Assembly: GCF_009914755.1 (NCBI RefSeq)
Contig: NC_060926.1
Origin: the human T2T-CHM13v2.0 reference genome, Homo sapiens
Strand: one strand, 5' to 3'
Length of the DNA: 64,000 nt
Shown here in pieces: positions 55,701 to 64,000 of the stretch. Under the pieces are notes generated by a model. It saw only the letters and a list, made by a program, of their open reading frames with translations. It did not search any database and was not told where the DNA came from. The position numbers were made by a program, and so were the translations under genes. The first letter of the stretch is position 1; every line of letters begins with the position of its first letter.

Positions 55701-55977
55701 CTCAGGGTTAGGGTTAAGGTCAACTTACCTTATTTTGGTAGTTATTTTTCTCTTGTCAGAGGGTATTTTCTTATTGTTAGGTGTTATTATTATTATTGTG
55801 TCTCTAAAAACTCTCACAGGAACTCCTTTTCTATATGATCACCATATCCTATCCATTATTAAGTCCAATAATTTTCCACTCCTAAATATTTCTTAAGTGT
55901 GTTCACTTCTATCTTTCTTCATTACAAACACTCTAATCCAGGGTGCCATCATTTCTTTCCAGATCTACTAAAATAAC

Positions 55978-56617
55978 ACATGAGAGCACAGGTATCACTT
56001 TGATATAATGATTTCTAAATTTACCCACAGGTAAAGAAATACCTGTGTTCACATGTTTATTTCCCCACTATTCACAATAGTAAAGATATGGAATCAACCT
56101 AAGTGTCCATCAGTGAATGAGTGGATAAAGAAAATGTGGCCTATATACACATTGGGATACTATTCAGTCATAAGAAAAGAATAAAACCATGTCATTTGCA
56201 GCAACATGGATGGAACTGGAGGACATTATTTTAAGTTAAATAAGCCAGGCACAAAAAGACAAATTTGACATGTTCTCACTTATATGTGAGAGCTAAAAAA
56301 TTTGATCACATGGAGGTAGAGAGTAGAAAGATAACAGAGACTGGGAAGAATGAGTAGGGAGAAGGGAGAAGGATGAAGAGAAGTGGGTTAAAGAGTGCAA
56401 GCATATAGTTAGATAGAATGAATAAATTCAGTGTTAGATAGTAGAGCAGGGTGACTATAGCTAACAAAAATGTATTGTATTCAAGTAATGGACTCGTTTA
56501 AATATCCTGACTTGATCACCACATTTTATATACATGTAACAAAATTCCACATGTACCCCATAAATCTGAACAAATAATAATTTTTAAAAAAATTAACAAA
56601 GTACTACAAAAAATAAA
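55978..56617 (+). mobile_element. 5'-truncated, 5'-inverted L1MA4-like element
   Basis: gatatggaatcaacctaagtgtccatca ... catgtaccccataaat; inverted head at 55978-56016; TSD TAAAATAAC at 55969-55977 and 56618-56626. Confidence 0.88.
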
Positions 56618-56881
56618 TAAAATAACCCTGGCTCCCTTACTTGTCTCCCTCAAGTGTCTGTGTAATTATTAAAGATGTTTTTCTGAATACGAATCGGTTT
56701 GTGTCATTTTTCTGCATTGGTTTCCATTTGTTGGTAGAATAAAATGTCAACTCTATACAATAGCCTTTTAAACCCTCCAGGACCTGTCTTTTTCTCTCTA
56801 CATGCTCTGGTTGGACCCATCTCTGTCTCTCTTACTATGACAGAGCCACTCTAGTCTCCTTTTGGTTTCTCTCTAACAAGC

Positions 56882-57359
56882 TGTAGCGGACACTGTTGGG
56901 GCTCCACAGAGATTTTTAAAGTCCCTTTTACCATACTCCGCACCCCTCCTCTAGCTTCTGTGTGCTTGTGCTTCTAACCTCCCATACATGCAGCTCTTTG
57001 GGGAATAATACTTTTGGTCACCTACTGGAGTTATTTTCCTGGACATCCAAAGACTTGGAGTTAGTATCCTCCCAGACAGGTTCTTAAACAATGACTGGCT
57101 GGTGGAACGAGGTTGAAAGCCAGCTCCATAACCTTAGGTAGAAATTGCTCCGAGCTATAATTTATACTCCAGGGCTCCACAGCTAGATCAGGATGAGGCT
57201 GAAGCTGGGGCTGAAATTGCACCCTTTCTTGGCTTTTTCTCATCCCTTTCCTCTCCTGGCATTCCTATACTGAGATTTGCTAGGAGAATTTCCTTCATAG
57301 ATCACTTGCACATGAGCTCTCATCTCAAGGTTAGCTTATGGGGACCACAGATTCACACA
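56882..57359 (+). mobile_element. LTR16 (B/C-like) ERVL solo LTR
   Basis: tgtagcggacactgttgg start, atcacttgcacatgagctctcatctcaagg near the end; TSD caagc/caaac. Confidence 0.8.
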
Positions 57360-59282
57360 CAAACCCAGTTATTTCTACCTTAGGCCTTTGCACATGGTGT
57401 TTCCACTGCTAGGACATTCTTCCCCTCAATATTTGACCTTCTGGTAACTTCTTATCTTTCAAGTCTCATCCAGCATCACCTAATTGTTGAGACCTCCCTG
57501 AATCACCTAGTTATCAAAGATTCTATTGGTTTTTATAATAGCACTTTCCATGGATTGTAATTATTAGTTGTCTCTTTGTTTACATTTTTAAGCATACATC
57601 TCTCTCATTAGACTAAGTTTTCATCAGGGGAGGAACTATGTTGCTTTGTTCATAAAGGTATAATTAGCATCTGGCTCATAGTATGCATTCAGATATTTAT
57701 TGACCAAATAAATTAAAGACTTCCAATTATAAAGTGAAGAAACAGTATTTGAGGTCACACCTGCTAAAGAAAACCATCTCATAAGTCATAAAACTTTTTG
57801 ATTATCTCCCAAAAGTTTTTATCCTCATTCTTTGATAACAATGAAAAAACAAGATGTTTGATAACAATGGAAATATAAGATGCTGCATTTTTCTATAATG
57901 GACAAGTTACAGTAATTAAGCTTTCTTGATTATTTCCCATGCCAGTCTTATCAGGGAGCTGATTTGAAAATAAACCTTTTATTATTCTCTATGCCTTTTG
58001 GATTTTTAATAGTAGAAATCTGCACATTTGTTGTAATGTGTTGCTTTCTTTCTTACATTATAATTTCAGGGGAAAAGAGCAATTAATTATTGGCTTTGAA
58101 GAAAGGACAAAAATTATAAGTTCTCTTCTAGATTCTTTTAATAAAGGAGAAAAAAATTAATTCAGTTTTAAAATTTAGAGTCAGATAATGGCATATGTCA
58201 TCTTGTGGGTGCCCAAGAAAGCACCTTAGTGAGAAATTGTAAGAAGTAAATAAGTAAACAGGGAACAGAAAATCGAAGAGTAACGAAGTATTCACCACAT
58301 AAACAATTTTTGGTAGCTTTCTAACTAATATACAATTTATATTCATATGTATTTCAATAACCTATTTCTGCCTCTTGTGCTTTACACAGAAAATGTATTG
58401 AATATGTTTCCACTGAATAAGATATTTTTCATTTCTAGTGAAGCCTGATCTATTCTTGTCTTCGTCCTGACTCTTTCCTTTCAAACATTCCAGGAATCAG
58501 AATCTGAAAACCACTATACACATCTCCTGCATTTATTCACTGGGATTATATTTACCACAAAAATGTTCCTTGCTTATTTTTATTTCTAGATCAGATCCAT
58601 GTTCTAAATTGATTGACTCCGAATATTAACTATAATTTTAAGTGTATCCTTCCAAACTACATTTATACAAAGACAAAGACATGTTATTCCAAAAATCTTG
58701 TTGACTGTTGTTGTTTTCTACTTGAAATATCTGCTTTTGAAACTCTTATATATCCACTAAACAAGAAACTTCTGAAAAGTGGCATGGAAATTCTATCTAA
58801 ACATATAATGTTACATATATATACATACATATATATATCAAGCTAAAGTTATCAATAATAAAAAATAATAGATGGTATAAGTGTTGATGTTTATGTCTCA
58901 ATGTAATAGTTTGTTTCCTTCACTGATGCTAATCTAAGCTAAAACAATATGTTAAGATTTTTAATTTGATTGAGGAAGTATATTAGAAATAGTGCCAAAC
59001 AGATATTTAATATTAACTTGCAATTTTTTGTTTTCCTAATTATTTTGCAACCATCAATTTTAGAAAATTAAGCTCATTTGTTGATAGTTGAATACTTTTA
59101 TTATTATAAAGCCAAAGATGATACAAATTATCACATTTTATCAAATAAAATGATCTGCCTAACCTAGTAACTAATGCTAACAATGATCACAGCATCTAAT
59201 CTATGGTACACAGTCAATTGATATTAATTAAAATATTAACACTTTGCCTAGGGCATTGGTAGAAAATATTGCCTTTTGAAAG

Positions 59283-59720
59283 ATATGTCAGAATTCTTCG
59301 GGTTGCAAGTAAGCCAAAAATATACTGAATAAAGTATGCCTGACAAAATGCAACAATTTATTATCTCACATAATCTAGGTCAAGTAGAGCTAGGTTCAAT
59401 GAAATCTAGAAGCCAGGTTATAGTCTCCTTTTATCTTTTGTCTCTGTTATCTGTCATGTTTTACTCTTAAACTTCATGTGGTAGGAAGACTGATAAAAGC
59501 AGCTCTAGGCTTGTATTCTTCTGGGTTCAAATTGAACCGAAAAAAAAAAGAAGGAACAGAAAAGAAAAGAAAAAAAGAAAAGAAGGGAGGGAAAGAGGGT
59601 GTGAGAAAAGGAGGAAAGGAAAAAGGGAGAGAGGCAGGGAGAAAAGGAAGGAGAGAAGAAAAGAAGGAAAAGAAAGCATATTTTTTTTCCAAGAGTCAAA
59701 GCAAATCCATTTGAATTAAA
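59283..59720 (-). mobile_element. MLT1K/L-like MaLR LTR fragment with a GA-rich insert (59540-59676)
   Basis: ggttgcaagtaa ... aatttattatctcacataa ... aagcagctctaggct. Confidence 0.5.
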
Positions 59721-59737
59721 ACCTATTTTATTTTCTA

Positions 59738-59786
59738 CTCCCAGTTATGAAGGAATAGCCCTCCCAGTTATGAAGGAATAGCCCTC
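59738..59786. repeat. perfect 23-bp tandem duplication
   Basis: ctcccagttatgaaggaatagcc x2 plus ctc. Confidence 0.95.
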
Positions 59787-59899
59787 TAATATTATACATA
59801 ATATTAGAAACTGCGTAGGATTATGATTTTTTAGAAAAGGGAAACAAACAGGGGAAACCCAACAATCCCTAGATGTTTTCTTGGTGACTCTTTCTGGAC

Positions 59900-62490
59900 C
59901 ATGACACAGAGGGTGGAAGAACAAGCACAGCCCATCAATATCAACGACATGAGAAAACAGAGACCAGAGTTTGGTGCTACTAAAGGGATTGGGTTTTGTG
60001 GGGTAGCATGCTCCAGAGCAGGGAGCTCGGGAGAGAAGTAGCTCCAGAAATCCATACAGGGCTGCCTTTACAACTTTGGCTACACACTAAATCTTACATA
60101 CTCAGGGTGAAATTCCACAGGGCCAGGCACAGAAGAACAACTGGTGAAAGAAGTATGACTGGAGAATGGAGAACTGGTAGGGTAGCGTGAGCTGAATAAC
60201 TAGTGGAGTTCACACAGCCTTGGAAACATTTAGTTCCAACAGCCAAAGGGCAAGATTTTCTTACATGTTCTGGACATTCAGTAGAGATCTCAGAAATGCC
60301 ATATCTTAAAAGCTGGGGTAATAATGCCCAAGGAGAAAGGCTACTCTATATAAACTCTAATAAGGTAAAAAGAACTATTAAAGGAAACAAGCGGATTGGC
60401 AAGTAAATTAACTACATGCTGTCATAAAATTAAATTCTCTATTAATGAATAGAGAACAATCTAGACACATAATAATATAAGCTCTATAATGTCTAATATG
60501 AATTCAAAAGCTACTAGATATTAAATAAACCAATAGAAAAATAGGACAAATAACCGGAAGAAAAGAAAGCAATCGATAAAAATCAAACTGGAAATGTCAA
60601 AGATGATGGAATTAGAATATGAAGCAATTTAAATAGTTGTTATGAATATATTCAAACACTTAAACATTAATGTAATAAAGAAAAATAGCAAATATTAATA
60701 GTATATCAGTAAGTTTATCAACAAACTATAAAAAAGAACAAAACAGATATCCCAAAGCTTAATATCACAATATCTATAATGAAAATGTCACTGGATCATT
60801 AATGCCAAGTTTGGTAAATTACTCACTAATAAAAAGTGAGTGTATTTGAAAACAAAAAAAAAGGGACTATCCAAATTTAACAAGAGAAAACAAAAAGGCT
60901 GAGAAAAATTGGTAATATAAAACAACTAGAAATCCATATAATTGAAGTACCAAAATGAGGGGGAAAAGTCACAGAAGAAAAAAAAAATGTTTAAAGAAAT
61001 AATAGTTGAAAATATTCTAAATTGGATAAAAAATTATAAACCCAGACCCAGAAATCCTCATAAATGCAACAGGGATAATCAGAAAACAAAAACAAAAACG
61101 CCATAATTAAAAGTTTGAACAATGAAAAATAAAAACCTCTTAAAAGCAGACAAAATAAAAGATACGTCACATACAAGAGAACAATTTTTTTAAAAATTTC
61201 TTATCAGAACCATTGCAAAATAGATAGTAATGGAATGACAACTTTAAAGTGCTAAAAGAAAAAAAACTCTAAATTTCTAAATTTAACAGAAAGAAAAATA
61301 CTTCCAAGAAGACTTATCTAGACCAACAAAAGCTAAGATAGTGTGTCATCAGCCAGTGAAAACAACAAAAATGAGAAAAGCAGTCATTCAGATAGAAGAA
61401 AAATAACACCAATAGAAGCTTGGAATGACACAAAGAAAGGAAAAGCACTGGAAAGCTAAAATATTAACTAAGTTGAAAGATAAATTTTTTTCCTCAAGTT
61501 TCCAGTTTACAAAGCTAATTGATAGTTGACAGCAAAAATAACACTGCCTTGTGAGGTTAATAACATATCTAGCAGTAGAATGCATAATGGTAGAACAAAA
61601 AATGAAAGGTGAGAAATGGAAGAAAATGGTTCTAAGAGTTTTTAATTGGAGAAAGTCTTCACACAAGAGTATATAGAATTGGCCAGTAAGCACATGAATG
61701 AGTGCTGAATAATATCATTAGTCATCAGAGATGTGCAAATTAAAAACCACATTCACACTAACATGGCTCAAATTATGACAATGACAACAGCAAATGCTGG
61801 TGAGGATGAGGGTCACTCACAACACTCATGCATCGCTTGTGAGAGCATAAAATGATGCAATGTCTTTGGAAATTTTTTTCTGGCAATGTCTTATAAATTG
61901 TGTACCTACTCTATAACTTAGCAATCCCACTTCTGAGTCAATTTAAGGTAAAGGAAAACATATGTCCACAAAAATGATAATAAAGAGTGTGCAGAATAAC
62001 AGTTTTTTAAATAAAATCCCCAAACATGTGTCCATCAACAGAAGAAATAAACAACTTGTGATACATACTCAGCAAGAAAAAGGAATGAATTAGTGAAACA
62101 TGTGACACCATAGATGAAACTCAAAAACATTATATTGAGTTAAAGAAGCCAGGCGAAAGAGTATTTACAGTATGGTTTCATTTATGTGATGACTGAGAAA
62201 TAGATAGTTTATTATGTGATGATCTAGATGATCTAGAAGTTGTAAAAAAAAAAAAATCTACAACAGGCCAAAATTTAACAGTGGATTAAATTGTAAAACT
62301 GGTGCCTCTTTGAGGAACTTGGATTCACTGAAAGAACAAAAGGCATTTTTTTGGATGATAAAGATATTCTGTATTTTGATAAGAATGTTAATTAAATGGT
62401 ATACGCAATGGTCAAAACTTATCAAACTGCATGTTTAAAATCTATTCATTTAAGCATATCTAGATTAAATATCAATGTAAAGAAAAAGCT
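59900..62490 (+). mobile_element. old L1ME-like element(s): 5'/ORF1 region (about 59900-61620) joined to the ORF2 end and 3' UTR (about 61640-62490)
   Basis: A-rich ORF1-like sequence (tggaatgacaactttaaagtgctaaaag), then attagtcatcagagatgtgcaaattaaaaaccac and ggtcaaaacttatcaaactg 3' UTR. Confidence 0.7.
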
Positions 62491-63404
62491 AGCAACAAAG
62501 TGGATTGCTGTTGTAGAGTCCCCATCCCTCTGCAAATCATTTATTGTGGCCGAGGGATTGGATATTTTGCCTGACATTGCCTGAATCCCATGCCCACCAG
62601 TGAAATCCTCCGAGAGAACAGAATGAGAGCGGAAGAAGGGACTGTGCATTAGATAAAATCATAGCATTGTTAGAAGTGGGAAAGGCACTAAATGCAGAGA
62701 AAGACATAACATGTCTAAACTATAAAAGCTCAGAATTGTTCTCCACAAAATCCACTTCGAATCACAGCAAAGTGGCTGAAACATGTTTAATTTCTGCCAT
62801 TGATCTGTCTCCAAGGAATTTAATCTGCTTATTGTTTCTGTATTTTTATTTGGGCCAATGAGGTACATAATTTACTAGCAACCACAGGAAGAAATAATTT
62901 AGAAATTGCTCCTATACATAATCATTTTAATACATAAGAACTTAGTAATATCATCTATCCTACTATTTATAATGTCTATGACAATACTTAAGTCCTCTCT
63001 CTCTCTCTTTCTTTCTTAAAGTAAGTCAGAATGTTAATTGCTGTCCCTACTAATGTTTCACTTATTATTATGAGTAGCATGTCAATTCTATCAACTCTAT
63101 CCTTAAGGCATTTTCATAAAGGTACAACATTTTTTAAGGTATCACTTTTAATTCATAGAAATCAAGTTATGCATGTGTCTATTCCATGACCAATTTAACT
63201 CATGCATAGCTTTAAATAGTTCCTCATCTGTCATCTTTGTTTACCTTACAGAAGCATTTGTTTCTAGAAAGTTGGGAAATCTTTTTAACTTTCTGCCTTT
63301 AATCCAGGGAAGTGTCAAGTTTACAAAAGCTTCAATTATAAATGCTTGTGAATATTGGTTACAAAAAGTGGTAGTTTGCTTCTGCTATATGTTACTATGG
63401 AAGG

Positions 63405-63530
63405 AATAATGTTATGCCTCTGTCAACTGTGTGATATTGGGTAAGTCAGTTAGTTCTTATCTCCTTAGTTTTGTAAAACAAATAGGTTGAAGTAAAATAC
63501 TTTTATTGCTCCAAAATTGCTGTAAGTTTT
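63405..63530 (+). mobile_element. MIR-family fragment
   Basis: aactgtgtgatattgggtaagtcagtta. Confidence 0.55.
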
Positions 63531-63684
63531 GCTCATAACAAAATTTTGCCTTAAATATATCCAAAGGATAGAGCAATATGGAATTAGAAGTCACATTATT
63601 TTATAACCAGGCAGATTATACCCTATTTATCTTAATAGCTTTCATAGCAGAAAACAGTATATTTTATGCTGTGGCTTTCTAAAT

Positions 63685-63820
63685 TATGTCTTCCTTGCTA
63701 AACTACAAACTCTATGAAAGTAGGAATTGCATTTGTCTTACTACTAATCATTACATACCCATGACACTTAGTACATTGCCTGGCACACACTGTGTAGGTA
63801 AGAATAATATTTATTGCTAT
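63685..63820 (+). mobile_element. L2 3' end
   Basis: ctaaactacaaactctatgaaagtagga ... ttagtacattgcctggcacac ... atatttattg. Confidence 0.65.
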
Positions 63821-64000
63821 TACTAGCATTTAAATTGTGCCTTAGTTTCTCAAAACCATATATGTTAGGCATTGTGATAAGTATTTTTAAATTTTTCATA
63901 TATCACACTATTCACATTTTGTTCTGTGTGCTCCTTATTCTACTTAAAATAAAATAATAATGGCAACTTTTATTGTCCTTCAACACATTGACCCTTATGG

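Larger units (their letters stand above)
54200..57715 (+). mobile_element. fragmented L2 interrupted by L1MA and LTR16
   Basis: L2-like pyrimidine-rich blocks; clear 3' portion ggcctttgcacatggtgtttcc ... tagactaag ... gatatttattgaccaaataaat at 57380-57715. Confidence 0.5.

Noticed and set aside
55704-55719. gggttagggttaagg telomere-like repeat
   Set aside because: Only about two units, expected by chance
59474-59714. Lys/Glu/Arg-rich and Phe/Ser-rich ORFs
   Set aside because: Artefacts of a GA-rich low-complexity tract

Overview
AT-rich, CpG-poor primate (probably human) genomic DNA that looks intergenic or deep-intronic. I cannot support any protein-coding gene: the ORF track consists of chance ORFs plus Alu, L1 and MaLR remnants. 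The window is dominated by interspersed repeats: Alu J/S/Y, L1PA/L1MA/L1MC/L1ME, L2, MIR, MaLR LTRs (MSTB, THE1, MSTA, MLT1), ERVL LTR16/LTR33 and hAT DNA transposons (MER63, MER20, MER81, MER94, MER58A, MER3, MER5A). Its centre is a TSD-flanked full-length L1PA15/16-like element (28783-38291). That L1 sits in an L2 and carries a complete THE1D provirus, which in turn carries an AluY. The most notable non-routine signals are: (1) a probable L1-mediated 3' transduction at 21.1-21.3 kb; (2) a 1.2 kb AT-rich tract with a long hairpin and 8 T-box-like motifs that flip orientation at its axis; (3) an indel-free, block-conserved 100-bp duplication at 51.0/52.3 kb with a related hairpin between the copies; (4) an octamer/homeodomain/NFI motif cluster near 10 kb; (5) an MSTA element that keeps both TSDs but lacks its 5' LTR; (6) a few candidate exons. 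Repeat family names come from my recollection of consensus sequences, not from a database search, and boundaries of old elements are approximate. I found no convincing novel protein system.
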